A stretch of 64,000 nucleotides of DNA, from NCBI GenBank assembly GCA_017415425.1, contig JAFQGT010000005.1:25038-89037 (forward strand), in the 5' to 3' direction. This DNA is from Oscillospiraceae bacterium. GTDB lineage: Bacteria > Bacillota > Clostridia > Oscillospirales > Oscillospiraceae. A program made the translations under genes and the position numbers. Positions 17,060-26,250 of the stretch are shown piece by piece (the first letter of the stretch is position 1; each line of letters starts with the position of its first letter). A model generated the notes under the pieces. The model made no database searches, had not been told where the DNA came from, and saw only the letters and a list, made by a program, of their open reading frames with translations.

Positions 17060-19051
17060 TTATTTAATTTCGATACCGAAAACTCGTTGACCGCGGGTTC
17101 CAACTACCAGAATATCCTCGTATACTGCAGGAGAAGCCTCGATGTTGTAGTCAAAATTAAGGATGTTGCAGACATTGCCCAACGCGTCCAGAAGCTGCAT
17201 ATTGCCGGCAGAGTCGCAGACAATAATGTGTGCAGTTCCATCTTCATTATATACCGCCACAGGAGAACTCCATGTGTAGGCGTTCATATACTTTTCCCAA
17301 ACGATATCGCCGGTTTGAGTGTCAAGTGCTACCAGTTTTCCGTCACTGCGGTTGGGGGTGCGGGCTATGGCGTACAGGATCAGACCTTCCAACTGTGTTC
17401 CAGACTTGCCCAGAAGGGGTGTGGCCTGGATACCGCCGGAAACGCCGTCTACCGTGTAGCAGTCAAACTGTTGTTCCCAGATGATCTCACCGGTTTGTGC
17501 ATCCAGTTTGTAGATGCTGATGTTACCGCGGTTATCGCGGCTGGTCCAGTGCAGGGAAGGCGCTGTGTAGAGAAAACCGCTGTCTGTTCCGTTCCATTCG
17601 AATACCGGGGTGGAGTTGGAATCGTCTCGGGTGTCCTGCGCCCAAATCAATTCCATAGTATTCAGATCAATACAGAAGAACATACCGCCGTTTTCGGAGA
17701 TGTAGAGGTATCGATCCACAATCACGGCGCTTGCCTCATAGCCTAGCCAGTATCGGCTATAGGTGGATCGGTTAGTGCTGTAGCGGGTTTTTACTGGGTT
17801 GTACGGCGCAATGGTCAGCGTGCCGGCATTCTTATCAAATGCTGTATTCAGCTTCATTGTGTAAAGAATACCGCATTCTCCCAGCCAGATCAGGGTGTCG
17901 GTTTCCGCATCTACCAGAGGCGCGGAATCAAATGCGACCCAATCTCGCTGACGGAACGGATCATCGCCGCTCTTTTCCATCAGGATGCTGCAGTCGATCA
18001 GGCTGATGATGTAAAATCTTGGGGATTTACCGTTAATATAGTCACCGGAACCAATATACATAATGGGGAGACCGCGGGGATCCAAAGAACCGGTGCCCTT
18101 AAAATTCATACCCAGGTACAGAGGATCGCGGGTGTTGGAGCCATCCTCTAAATCATAGAAATAGATGTGGCCGTCCAGGGTGGCGTAGATCACCTCTACC
18201 AGATCCTGCTTGGCTTGCTTTTCCGGGTAAAGATTCATAATCGCTTTGGTCGCGTCGTCCCACTTGACAATCAGAGGCTGTCCTGTCCAGCCGCTGCCCG
18301 TCCAATCATTCAGCTGGCTGGTTTTCTGTGACCAGAGTTGCTCCAGAACCTGTTCTGTGACATTGGCAGTTCCGTAGACAGCGCTGTTTCGGTAGTTGTT
18401 GCCGCGAAAGGTGGAGATTCCCGGTAAGGCAAAGTAGTCTTCCGGTGCGCCAAAAGAGATAGGATCTGCGCGCAGATAGCTATCCACGATGTTTTCATCA
18501 ACGATGATATCCCACTGGATACCCCAATTGGCGGGGTCACTGGAGTCTACATATTCGGGGAAAAAGGTAGGTGCAGGTTCGGTTTCCTCGGGCATAGTAA
18601 TTTCAGTGGGCTGTGTCTGCTCAGGTACGGTGATCTCTGTGGGCTGTGTCTGCTCAGGCACGGTGATTTCCGTGGGCAGTGTCTGCTCAGGTACGGTGAT
18701 TTCTGTGGACTCGGTCTGCTCCGGGGTGGTGTCTTGGGATTCTGTGCGTGGTTCGGTGGTGTCATTGCTAGCTGACGGTACACTTGGAGCCAGCTGGTCG
18801 GTTATCTGCTGAAACCGAATGAAACATGCAATTGTGCATATAAGAGCCACCAGAGTAGTTGAATAAATCAACGCCAGAAAAAAGTTACCTGGAGTTCGCT
18901 TGCTTTGTGAGGTGCTGATGTATGTAAGCAGAACGCTGCCAAATGTCAATACAGCCAGAATCACGTACAGCGCAATCAATGCAGACTCCAGATGTATATA
19001 ATTTGCGCTTTGCCACGGAATATGAGTTGTAAAATGCAGTTTCATAGACAT
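17060..19051 (-). CDS. Membrane-anchored PQQ-like beta-propeller repeat protein with Thr/Pro/Glu-rich tandem-repeat linker
   Basis: 663 aa. Two N-terminal TM helices, then a low-complexity linker with about 4 copies of PEQTQPTEITV, then a C-terminal region with repeated W-x-hydrophobic/aromatic blades (IWAQDT, IIWEQQF, IVWEKYM). Confidence 0.7.
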   Translation of the reverse strand: MSMKLHFTTHIPWQSANYIHLESALIALYVILAVLTFGSVLLTYISTSQSKRTPGNFFLALIYSTTLVALICTIACFIRFQQITDQLAPSVPSASNDTTEPRTESQDTTPEQTESTEITVPEQTLPTEITVPEQTQPTEITVPEQTQPTEITMPEETEPAPTFFPEYVDSSDPANWGIQWDIIVDENIVDSYLRADPISFGAPEDYFALPGISTFRGNNYRNSAVYGTANVTEQVLEQLWSQKTSQLNDWTGSGWTGQPLIVKWDDATKAIMNLYPEKQAKQDLVEVIYATLDGHIYFYDLEDGSNTRDPLYLGMNFKGTGSLDPRGLPIMYIGSGDYINGKSPRFYIISLIDCSILMEKSGDDPFRQRDWVAFDSAPLVDAETDTLIWLGECGILYTMKLNTAFDKNAGTLTIAPYNPVKTRYSTNRSTYSRYWLGYEASAVIVDRYLYISENGGMFFCIDLNTMELIWAQDTRDDSNSTPVFEWNGTDSGFLYTAPSLHWTSRDNRGNISIYKLDAQTGEIIWEQQFDCYTVDGVSGGIQATPLLGKSGTQLEGLILYAIARTPNRSDGKLVALDTQTGDIVWEKYMNAYTWSSPVAVYNEDGTAHIIVCDSAGNMQLLDALGNVCNILNFDYNIEASPAVYEDILVVGTRGQRVFGIEIK
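18591..18722 (-). repeat. 4 x 33-bp in-frame tandem repeat inside the propeller gene
   Basis: Units at 18591-18623, 18624-18656, 18657-18689 and 18690-18722 (GGYAYRGTRATYTCNGTGGRCNNNGTCTGCTCM). Each encodes 11 aa, (E)QTQPTEITVP. Confidence 0.9.
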
Positions 19052-19142
19052 TCATCCCATTTTTTAGTTTTTGTCATTATAGCACGATTTTATCCTTGGC
19101 GCAAGCGATAACATTTGAATATATCTACTTTGTTTGTACTGA

Positions 19143-19171
19143 TTGAAAAAATCTGGAAAACGTGTTATACT
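19143..19171 (+). promoter_or_regulatory. Sigma-A type promoter of tex
   Basis: TTGAAA (19143-19148), 17-nt spacer, TATACT (19166-19171), with an extended -10 TGT. Confidence 0.5.
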
Positions 19172-19201
19172 ACCTGCAATCTTAAATGACAGGAGCGTCT
19201 T

Positions 19202-21358
19202 ATGGATACTTTGATTTCTGTTCTTGCACAGGAACTAAAACAAAAGGAAGAATATGTCAGCAATGTTGTCGCACTTCTGGAGGAGGGAAACACGATTCCG
19301 TTTATTGCTCGCTATCGTAAGGAATTGCACGGCGGTATGGATGACACCACTTTGCGGAATCTGGAGACTCGTCTGAACTATTTGCGGAATCTGCAGGAGC
19401 GAAAGGGTGAAATCATCCGATCTATTGAAGGGCAGGGAAAGCTGACGGAGGAACTGGCTGCGGCCATTGAAGCGGCTGCCACACTGGCAGAAGCGGAGGA
19501 CCTATACCGGCCGTATAAGCAGAAGCGCCGCACCCGTGCTACGGTTGCCAAAGAAAAAGGTTTGGAGCCGCTGGCGTTGGCGATCTTTGCCCAGAATGGT
19601 GATGAGCCTGCTAAGCTGGCAGAGGAATATATCAATCCTGAATTAGGTGTGGAGACGATAGAGGATGCCCTTGCGGGCGCTTCGGATATTATTGCTGAGA
19701 TGATCTCCGATGATCCGGAAATCCGCAAAGCCCTCCGGGAGAAGATGGAGCGGCAGGCGATCCTGACGGTTCAGGCGGTGGATCCGGAAAAGGAAAGTGT
19801 CTATCAGCTTTATTACAGTTTCTCTGCACCGGTTTCTCGTTTGCAAAATCATCAGATTCTGGCAATCAACCGGGGCGAGAAGGAGGAATACCTGAAGGTC
19901 TCCGCGGCGTTGCCCGGGTTGGAGGGGCAGGCGCTGGTGTGTCGCAAGGCGCTGAAACCTACAATGTGGGTATCTGCGTTTGTCAAGGCTGCGGCAGAGG
20001 ATGCCTACGAGCGGCTGATCGCTCCCAGCGTAGAGCGGGAGCTGCGTAATACCCTCACTGACCGGGCAGCGGAGTCTGCAATGGCTAACTTCGCACTGAA
20101 TCTAAAACCTCTTTTGATGCAGCGTCCCGTAAAGGGTTTTGTGACGATGGGTCTGGATCCGGGATACCGCAACGGATGCAAGGTGGCGGTAGTGGACGGT
20201 ACCGGCAGAGTGCTGGATACCAATGTGGTCTATCCAACATTTTCTCAGCGGAAGAAGGATGAGGCTATTGAGATCCTTTCTAAAATGATCCGTAAGCACG
20301 CTGTGAAGCATATTGCCATCGGCAACGGCACTGCATCCCGGGAGACAGAAGCAATGACGGTGGAGATGATTGGTAAACTCCCCGGCGTCAGCTATGTGAT
20401 CGTGAACGAGGCCGGTGCATCGGTCTATTCTGCCTCTAAACTGGCAGCGGAAGAGTTTCCGGAATTTGATGTAAATTTGCGCTCTGCGGTCTCCATCGCC
20501 CGGCGGCTGCAGGACCCGCTGGCAGAGCTGGTGAAGATCGACCCGAAGGCAATTGGAGTCGGTCAGTATCAGCACGATTGCCCCCAGAAACGGCTGGATG
20601 AGGCTCTGGGCGGCGTTGTAGAGGATTGCGTGAATGCGGTGGGCGTGGATGTAAACACCGCATCTGCCAGCCTGCTGCAGCAGGTATCCGGACTGAATGC
20701 AACGACAGCCAAGAATGTGGTTGCCTACCGGGAAGAAAACGGTGCATTCACTGCAAGGAACCAACTGAAAAAAGTGCCCAAACTGGGACCGAAGGCATAT
20801 CAGCAGTGCGCAGGTTTCCTCCGTGTGCCGGAAAGCAAGGAGATTTTGGACAATACCGGTGTCCATCCGGAGACGTATGAGGCTGCGCAAACCCTGTTGA
20901 CTCTCTGCGGTTACGATAAAAAAGATGTGGCATCCGGCAATATTGCCGAACTGCAGGAGCGCTTTGAGAATCTGGGTAAGGAAAATGCAGCCCAGCGCTG
21001 CGGCGTGGGTATCCCAACCCTGGAAGATGTGGTAAAAGAACTGCTGAAGCCCGGCCGTGACCCACGAGATGACTTGCCTGCACCGATTCTTCGCACAGAT
21101 GTACTGGAGATGAAGGATCTGAAGCCTGGTATGATTCTTTCCGGTACGGTTCGCAATGTAATCGATTTCGGTGTGTTTGTGGACATTGGTGTCCACCAGG
21201 ACGGTCTGGTGCATATCTCACAGGTCTGCAACAAAAAGATCCGTCATCCGTCGGAGATCGTACAGGTAGGCGATGTGGTGAAGGTATCTGTGCTAGAAGT
21301 GGATGAGAAGCGCAAGCGTATCAGCCTTACGATGAGGAATATTCCCAAAGAAGCGTAA
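19202..21358 (+). CDS. tex: Tex-like RNA-binding transcription accessory protein (S1 domain)
   Basis: 718 aa. IPFIARYRKE at the N-terminus, a YqgF/RuvC-like centre (GLDPGYRNGCKVAVVD), HhH motifs and a C-terminal S1 domain (GTVRNVIDFGVFVDIG). Confidence 0.93.
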   Translation: MDTLISVLAQELKQKEEYVSNVVALLEEGNTIPFIARYRKELHGGMDDTTLRNLETRLNYLRNLQERKGEIIRSIEGQGKLTEELAAAIEAAATLAEAEDLYRPYKQKRRTRATVAKEKGLEPLALAIFAQNGDEPAKLAEEYINPELGVETIEDALAGASDIIAEMISDDPEIRKALREKMERQAILTVQAVDPEKESVYQLYYSFSAPVSRLQNHQILAINRGEKEEYLKVSAALPGLEGQALVCRKALKPTMWVSAFVKAAAEDAYERLIAPSVERELRNTLTDRAAESAMANFALNLKPLLMQRPVKGFVTMGLDPGYRNGCKVAVVDGTGRVLDTNVVYPTFSQRKKDEAIEILSKMIRKHAVKHIAIGNGTASRETEAMTVEMIGKLPGVSYVIVNEAGASVYSASKLAAEEFPEFDVNLRSAVSIARRLQDPLAELVKIDPKAIGVGQYQHDCPQKRLDEALGGVVEDCVNAVGVDVNTASASLLQQVSGLNATTAKNVVAYREENGAFTARNQLKKVPKLGPKAYQQCAGFLRVPESKEILDNTGVHPETYEAAQTLLTLCGYDKKDVASGNIAELQERFENLGKENAAQRCGVGIPTLEDVVKELLKPGRDPRDDLPAPILRTDVLEMKDLKPGMILSGTVRNVIDFGVFVDIGVHQDGLVHISQVCNKKIRHPSEIVQVGDVVKVSVLEVDEKRKRISLTMRNIPKEA

Positions 21359-21362
21359 CAAA

Positions 21363-21395
21363 AGGTCTGTTGCCAATGGGCAACAGACCTTTTTG
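21363..21395. terminator. Bidirectional rho-independent terminator (tex / amidohydrolase)
   Basis: AGGTCTGTTGCC-AATG-GGCAACAGACCT, flanked by AAA and TTTT. Confidence 0.8.
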
Positions 21396-21400
21396 TGTAA

Positions 21401-22555
21401 TTATTCAGCCTGATAGACTACCTTGCCGTCAACGATGGTAGTCCAGGATTCGCCACCGATGGCAGACAGAGGATCTGCAGTCCAGATAACGATATCCGCG
21501 TCCTTGCCGACTTCCAGACTGCCTACCCGGTCTGCGATACCGGTCTGCCGAGCCGGGTTGATTGTGATAGCACGCCAGGCCTCTTCCTTGTCAAGACCAG
21601 CGTTCACTGCAAGGCCTGCGCACATAGGCAGGTACTGCAGGGGGATCACCGGCGCATCTGTGATGATGCTGATAGGAACACCGGCTTTGTGTAGTACTGC
21701 CGGGGTGGTAAAGCTTTTGTTGGATAACTCGATTTTTGTTTTGCTGCCGAGGCTGGGACCTACAAAGGCCGGAAACCCCTCCTGAGCAAGCTCGTCTGTA
21801 ATCAAAGCACCGTCGGTGCAGTGATCCAGTGTGATGCCTACTCCAAACTCCTTGGCGATCCGGATAGATGTCAGAATGTCGTCAGCACGGTGGGCGTGGG
21901 CTTTTAAGGGAATTTCGCCCTTTAATACCGGGATCATAGACTCCAGTTTTATATCAAATCCGGGGTTCTTTCCGTTTTCTTTATCTTCCAGATAACGCTT
22001 TGCCTTGAACAGCAGCTCCCGCAAAAGGGCGGCCGTTCCCATTCGGGTCATAGGTGCTTTTTTGCTGCCCTGACCATAGCACCGCTTTGGATTCTCGCCA
22101 AAGGCGCATTTCATCGCGATGGGGGACTTGATGATCATATTATCCACTCGTTTGCCTGCAAGCTTGATTGCTGCAAACGTGCCACCCACAACGTTAGCGC
22201 TGCCGGGACCGGTGCAGGCAGTGGTAACGCCGCCCTGCAGGGCATTGGCAAAGGCTTCATCCAGGGGATTGATGGAGTCAATCGCCCGCATCTGAGGTGT
22301 GATGGGGTCTACTATTTCGTTGTAATCGTGACCTTCCCACGCCATTGCTTCATTGTCAAGACCAATGTGACAATGGGCGTCCACACAGCCGGGGGTGATC
22401 AACCGTCCACCGGCATCAATCACCTGCACACCGTCCGGAACGGGCAGGGAAGTGCCGATGGCGGCTATTTTGCCGTCGTCACCGATGAGAATACTTCCGT
22501 TTGCCAGTTCGTCGCCTACCATAGGTTTAATATGTCCGTTTTGAATGAAAATCAC
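21401..22555 (-). CDS. Metal-dependent amidohydrolase family protein
   Basis: 384 aa. HxH metal motif in PGCVDAHCHIGL, later HAHRADD and TDAPV. GTG start 9 nt after AAGGAG. Substrate not assignable. Confidence 0.8.
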   Translation of the reverse strand: MIFIQNGHIKPMVGDELANGSILIGDDGKIAAIGTSLPVPDGVQVIDAGGRLITPGCVDAHCHIGLDNEAMAWEGHDYNEIVDPITPQMRAIDSINPLDEAFANALQGGVTTACTGPGSANVVGGTFAAIKLAGKRVDNMIIKSPIAMKCAFGENPKRCYGQGSKKAPMTRMGTAALLRELLFKAKRYLEDKENGKNPGFDIKLESMIPVLKGEIPLKAHAHRADDILTSIRIAKEFGVGITLDHCTDGALITDELAQEGFPAFVGPSLGSKTKIELSNKSFTTPAVLHKAGVPISIITDAPVIPLQYLPMCAGLAVNAGLDKEEAWRAITINPARQTGIADRVGSLEVGKDADIVIWTADPLSAIGGESWTTIVDGKVVYQAE

Positions 22556-22632
22556 AGTGAAACACTCCTTTGTTTCTTTTTTGTTATCATATCACAATCT
22601 GCTGCCTTTGCAAAGGTTTTCTTTCCCTTGTC

Positions 22633-22660
22633 TTGACAAAAACCGGAAAGTATGTATACT
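22633..22660 (+). promoter_or_regulatory. Sigma-A type promoter of the glyA leader
   Basis: TTGACA (22633-22638), 16-nt spacer, TATACT (22655-22660). Confidence 0.55.
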
Positions 22661-22683
22661 AGAAGTAACAACCGAATAGACCG

Positions 22684-22812
22684 GTGAAACTTTCGGATAT
22701 GTTGGCGCAGAACCGAAAGTCGAGGACTCTCTGGAGAACACATTTAGTTGTGTGCCGAAGGTGCAAGGCAATCGCCGAATCTCTCAGGCAAACGGACGGA
22801 GACGCCAGTAGT
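22684..22812 (+). promoter_or_regulatory. Glycine riboswitch (single aptamer plus 5' ghost stem-loop)
   Basis: The core at 22726-22808 is CTCTGGAGAACACATTTAGTTGTGTGCCGAAGGTGCAAGGCAATCGCCGAATCTCTCAGGCAAACGGACGGAGA. It matches the conserved CUCUGGAGAG ... CCGAAGGGGCAA ... CUCUCAGGCAAAAGGAC blocks, with P2 ACACA/TGTGT. The upstream hairpin AAACTTTCGG...CCGAAAGT could be a ghost aptamer. Confidence 0.75.
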
Positions 22813-22828
22813 GGCACTTTGTGTATTC

Positions 22829-22857
22829 AGACAGTCCGCAAAGGATTGTCTTTTTTG
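22829..22857 (+). terminator. Expression-platform terminator of the glycine riboswitch
   Basis: AGACAGTCC-GCAA-AGGATTGTCT followed by TTTTTTG, 30 nt upstream of the glyA ATG. Confidence 0.7.
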
Positions 22858-22886
22858 TTGGAATTAAGAGAAAGAAGGAATTGGGT

Positions 22887-24140
22887 ATGTACGGTAAGAA
22901 TCTGGATGCTATCGGATTTGTGTCACAGTTTGATGAAGAAGTTGCTGCAATGATGGGACGGGAACTAACCCGTCAGCAGGATGGTTTGGAACTGATCGCA
23001 TCCGAGAACTTTGCATCGCCTGCCGTGATCGCGGCAATGGGTTCTGTTTTGACCAATAAATATGCTGAGGGTCTGCCTGGCAAGCGTTATTACGGCGGTT
23101 GCCAGTTCGTGGACGAGTTGGAGAGCCTTTGCATTCAAAGAGCCAAGGATTTGTTTGGCGCGGAATTTGCCAACGTACAGCCCCACTCCGGAGCTCAGGC
23201 AAATATGGCAGTGCAAGTGGCTTTGCTGCAGCCCGGCGACACGATGATGGGAATGAGCCTTGCCAACGGAGGACACCTCTCCCACGGTAGTCCTGCTAAC
23301 CTGTCCGGCAAGTACTACAACGTTGTCTCCTACGATGTCAACCACGAGACCGGTCTGATCGATTATGATGAGATTCGGGATCTGGCAAAAAAGAACCAGC
23401 CGAAGCTGATTATTGCCGGCGCCTCCGCATACCCCCGCGCCATTGATTTTAAGATCTTTGCCGACATTGCCCACGAGGTCGGTGCGGTATTTATGGTGGA
23501 TATGGCCCATATCGCTGGATTGGTAGCCGGCGGTGCTCATCAAAACCCTGTGCCCTACGCGGATATTGTCACCTCTACCACCCACAAGACCCTTCGCGGT
23601 CCCCGCGGCGGTTTGATCCTGGCAAAGGAAGAATACGCCAAGAAACTGAATTCTGCTGTGTTCCCGGGAACGCAGGGTGGTCCTCTGGAGCATATCATTG
23701 CGGCCAAGGCGATCTGCTTCAAGGAAGCGATGAATCCTGCTTTTAAGGCCTATGCATCCAATATCGTCAGCAATGCCAAGGTAATGGCAGATGCCCTTCT
23801 GGCAGAAGGCTTTGACTTAGTCACCGGTGGTACAGATAATCATTTGATGCTGGCGGACTTGCGACCTATGAATATCACCGGTAAGGAACTGCAAACCCGC
23901 TGTGATGCAAACCACATTACGCTGAACAAAAATGCAATTCCCGGAGATCCTGAGAAGCCTTCTATTACCAGCGGTGTGCGGATCGGTACCGCTGCGGTTA
24001 CCACCCGCGGCCTGGGAGCGGAGGAGATGAAACAAATTGCCCACTGTGTTGCTTTGACTGCCCGTGATTTCGAGGGTACGACTAAAGAAGTTCACGATAC
24101 AGTAGAAGCCATTTGTGAGAAGTTCCCCTTATATCGATAA
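22887..24140 (+). CDS. glyA: Serine hydroxymethyltransferase
   Basis: Track ORF trimmed to ATG 22887. [26 protein letters not shown] lysine motif [14 protein letters not shown]. Confidence 0.97.
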   Translation: MYGKNLDAIGFVSQFDEEVAAMMGRELTRQQDGLELIASENFASPAVIAAMGSVLTNKYAEGLPGKRYYGGCQFVDELESLCIQRAKDLFGAEFANVQPHSGAQANMAVQVALLQPGDTMMGMSLANGGHLSHGSPANLSGKYYNVVSYDVNHETGLIDYDEIRDLAKKNQPKLIIAGASAYPRAIDFKIFADIAHEVGAVFMVDMAHIAGLVAGGAHQNPVPYADIVTSTTHKTLRGPRGGLILAKEEYAKKLNSAVFPGTQGGPLEHIIAAKAICFKEAMNPAFKAYASNIVSNAKVMADALLAEGFDLVTGGTDNHLMLADLRPMNITGKELQTRCDANHITLNKNAIPGDPEKPSITSGVRIGTAAVTTRGLGAEEMKQIAHCVALTARDFEGTTKEVHDTVEAICEKFPLYR

Positions 24141-24149
24141 ATGCAAAAA

Positions 24150-24175
24150 GGAGCAGCGAAAGCTGCTCCTTTTTT
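24150..24175. terminator. Bidirectional terminator shared by glyA and tRNA-Ala
   Basis: GGAGCAGC-GAAA-GCTGCTCC, flanked by AAAAA and TTTTTT. Confidence 0.8.
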
Positions 24176-24250
24176 GGTGGACCTGATCGGATTCGAACCG
24201 ACGACCCCCACAATGCGAATGTGATGCGCTCCCAACTGCGCTACAGGCCC
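24175..24250 (-). tRNA. tRNA-Ala (anticodon CGC)
   Basis: The reverse strand reads GGGCCTGTAGCGCAGTTGGGAGCGCATCACATTCGCATTGTGGGGGTCGTCGGTTCGAATCCGATCAGGTCCACCA. It folds into a 76-nt cloverleaf with anticodon loop TTCGCAT, T-loop TTCGAAT, the G3:U70 alanine identity pair and an encoded CCA. Confidence 0.95.
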
Positions 24251-24267
24251 ATAGGATCCTAAAGCAG

Positions 24268-24296
24268 ATTATAGTGCGAAAACTGTGGCTTGTCAA
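24268..24296 (-). promoter_or_regulatory. Consensus sigma-A promoter of tRNA-Ala
   Basis: On the minus strand: TTGACA (24296-24291), 17-nt spacer, TATAAT (24273-24268), ending 17 nt upstream of the tRNA 5' end. Confidence 0.65.
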
Positions 24297-24342
24297 ACCA
24301 TTTGTTTATATAAATAACGGTTGCTTACGAGTGAAGGGAGTG

Positions 24343-24375
24343 AAAAATCCCGGAAGCCATAGTAGCTTCCGGGAC
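24343..24375 (-). terminator. Rho-independent terminator after rpsI
   Basis: TCCCGGAAGC-loop-GCTTCCGGGA with a U-run on the minus strand (plus-strand AAAAA at 24343-24347). Confidence 0.75.
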
Positions 24376-24395
24376 AGAAGTTCCAAAAGTGTTGA

Positions 24396-24800
24396 TTATC
24401 TCTTGGAGAACTGAGGTGCACGACGGGCAGCCTTCAGACCGTATTTCTTTCTTTCCTTCATTCTGGGGTCACGGGTCATAAAACCGGCAGCCTTCAGAGT
24501 GGGGCGGTACTCGGGATTCAGAGTTACCAGAGCACGGGAAATGCCGTGACGGATAGCGCCAGCCTGACCGGAAACGCCGCCGCCGGCAACAGTGACAGCG
24601 ATGTCAACCTTACCAACCAGATCGGTAGCGACCAGGGGCTGACGGACAACCAGCTTCAGGGTGTCCAGACCAAAGTAATCGTCGATATCGCGGCCATTGA
24701 TGATGATGGAACCGGTGCCGTTCTCATAAACGCGAACACGGGCAACGGAGGACTTACGACGGCCGGTGCCGTAGTTATACTTCTTCTTGCTCTCGTACAT
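24396..24800 (-). CDS. rpsI: 30S ribosomal protein S9
   Basis: 134 aa. [14 protein letters not shown] ... and a C-terminal RRAPQFSKR. Confidence 0.97.
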   Translation of the reverse strand: MYESKKKYNYGTGRRKSSVARVRVYENGTGSIIINGRDIDDYFGLDTLKLVVRQPLVATDLVGKVDIAVTVAGGGVSGQAGAIRHGISRALVTLNPEYRPTLKAAGFMTRDPRMKERKKYGLKAARRAPQFSKR

Positions 24801-24815
24801 AATCAGTTACCTCCA

Positions 24816-25247
24816 TTAGTCCAGTGTCCATACTTCCGGCTTCTGAGCAGCGTGGTTGTGCTCAGCGCCCTTGCACAGATGCAGACGGCCCATGCAGTTA
24901 CGGCCCAGAGTGTTCTTGGGCAGCATACCCTTAACAGCCAGCTCCATTGCGTAGTCGGAGCGGTTGTCCATCATAACACGAGCCTTGGTTTCCTTCAGAC
25001 CGCCGATCCAGCCGGATACACGGTAGTAGGACTTCTGGTCCAGCTTGTTGCCGGTCAGAACAGCCTTGTCGGTGTTGATGACGATCACATAGTCGCCGCA
25101 ATCCACATTGGGAGTGAAGTCGACCTTATGCTTGCCACGCAGCAGGTTAGCAGCGATAACAGCGGTACGGCCCAGGGGCTTGCCGGCTGCATCGACCACA
25201 TACCACTTGCGCTCAACAGTTTCCAGTTTAGCTAAAGTAGTGGACAT
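24816..25247 (-). CDS. rplM: 50S ribosomal protein L13
   Basis: Start at ATG 25247, after GGAGGAAAG. ERKWYVVDAAGKPLGR ... MLPKNTLGR. Confidence 0.97.
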   Translation of the reverse strand: MSTTLAKLETVERKWYVVDAAGKPLGRTAVIAANLLRGKHKVDFTPNVDCGDYVIVINTDKAVLTGNKLDQKSYYRVSGWIGGLKETKARVMMDNRSDYAMELAVKGMLPKNTLGRNCMGRLHLCKGAEHNHAAQKPEVWTLD

Positions 25248-25470
25248 TATGCTTTCCTCCAATAGGTTAATTTATTTTGACAAATTCATATATAAGCAGT
25301 ACAATGACTGCAAAACGCTTGATTATTAAAGCATACCAAATGGCAAATGTCAACCGGTTTTTTAAGAAAATTTACGAAATCATATATAAACTCTTAAAAA
25401 CGCCTGTTTACTATTATATGCTCTGTTATGCTCACGTTCTATTTTTCTAAAAAACGGAGGAAAACGCAAT

Positions 25471-26208
25471 ATGCAACGGTTAATTGGACTTGTGCGCAGA
25501 TGCGTGGAAGATTACGATATGATTCAGCCGGGGGATCGGGTCGGTGTCGGCGTTTCCGGCGGCAAGGATTCTCTGGCACTTTTGGTGTTTCTGGCGGAGC
25601 TGCGTAAGTATAATCATAATCCCTTTACCATTGAGGCGATCACCATTGATATGGGTCTGGGAATGGACTACAGTGGTATCGAACAGCTGTGTAAGGATTT
25701 GGAAGTGCCGTTTCATTTGGTTAGGACAGAGATCGGTCCCATTATTTTTGATCACCGGAAGGAGAAGAACCCCTGTTCAATGTGTTCCAAAATGCGACGG
25801 GGTGCGCTGAATCAAGCACTTTTGGATCTGGGATTAAATAAATTGGCGCTGGGGCATCACTATGACGATGCTGTGGAGACCTTTATGATGTCCCTGATCT
25901 ACGAGGGGCGCATCAGCTGTTTCCAGCCGGTGACGGATTTGGACAGAACAGGCATCATCCAGATTCGCCCAATGCTCTACATCCACGAGAAGACCATTGA
26001 TTCTTTTGTGACCCGTAAAGGCTTGCCGGTGCTTCATAATCGTTGTCCTGTGGATAAGCACACCAAGCGGGAGGAAATCAAGCAGCTGGTATATGACCTT
26101 AGTGCGACATATCCTGATTTGAAGGAACGCATTTTCGGTGCGATGCAGCGCTTGCCGCTGCCGGAGTGGGGACCCAAAGGACGGTACAAGCGTCCGAAAG
26201 AACAGTAA
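25471..26208 (+). CDS. ttcA: PP-loop ATPase, tRNA 2-thiocytidine synthetase TtcA family
   Basis: PP-loop GVSGGKDS and cysteine motifs CSMCSKMRRG and HNRCPVD. 245 aa. Confidence 0.82.
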   Translation: MQRLIGLVRRCVEDYDMIQPGDRVGVGVSGGKDSLALLVFLAELRKYNHNPFTIEAITIDMGLGMDYSGIEQLCKDLEVPFHLVRTEIGPIIFDHRKEKNPCSMCSKMRRGALNQALLDLGLNKLALGHHYDDAVETFMMSLIYEGRISCFQPVTDLDRTGIIQIRPMLYIHEKTIDSFVTRKGLPVLHNRCPVDKHTKREEIKQLVYDLSATYPDLKERIFGAMQRLPLPEWGPKGRYKRPKEQ

Positions 26209-26214
26209 TAGAAA

Positions 26215-26241
26215 GGGTGCGCCAAGCGGCGCACCCTTTTT
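26215..26241. terminator. Rho-independent terminator after ttcA (convergent with the transporter gene)
   Basis: GGGTGCGCC-AAGC-GGCGCACCC followed by TTTTTG. Confidence 0.75.
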
Positions 26242-26250
26242 GTGATTCTT

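Noticed and set aside
18489-18812. 107-aa plus-strand ORF with a repeated SGTVISVG sequence.
   Set aside because: It is the mirror image of the 33-bp tandem repeats. The minus-strand frame continues into a 663-aa protein with TM helices and propeller repeats.
22667-22725. A possible first (tandem) glycine aptamer upstream of the clear one.
   Set aside because: Only an ACCGAA-containing stem-loop is present. The conserved GGAGA / GCAA / CUCAGGCAAAAGGAC blocks are missing. It is better described as a ghost aptamer of a singlet riboswitch.
24546-25235. 229-aa plus-strand ORF across rpsI/rplM. Also 26242..26838 and 26930..27496, antisense to the DAACS transporter, and 16955..17746, antisense to the propeller gene.
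   Set aside because: They are shadows of highly conserved genes on the other strand, with no start signals.
25263-25470. Structured L13 leader or sRNA in the 208-nt AT-rich spacer between rplM and ttcA.
   Set aside because: I can see two plausible divergent promoters: TTGACA-17-TACAAT on the plus strand and TTGACA-17-TTTAAT on the minus strand. There is no convincing conserved structure. It cannot be supported without a covariance model.
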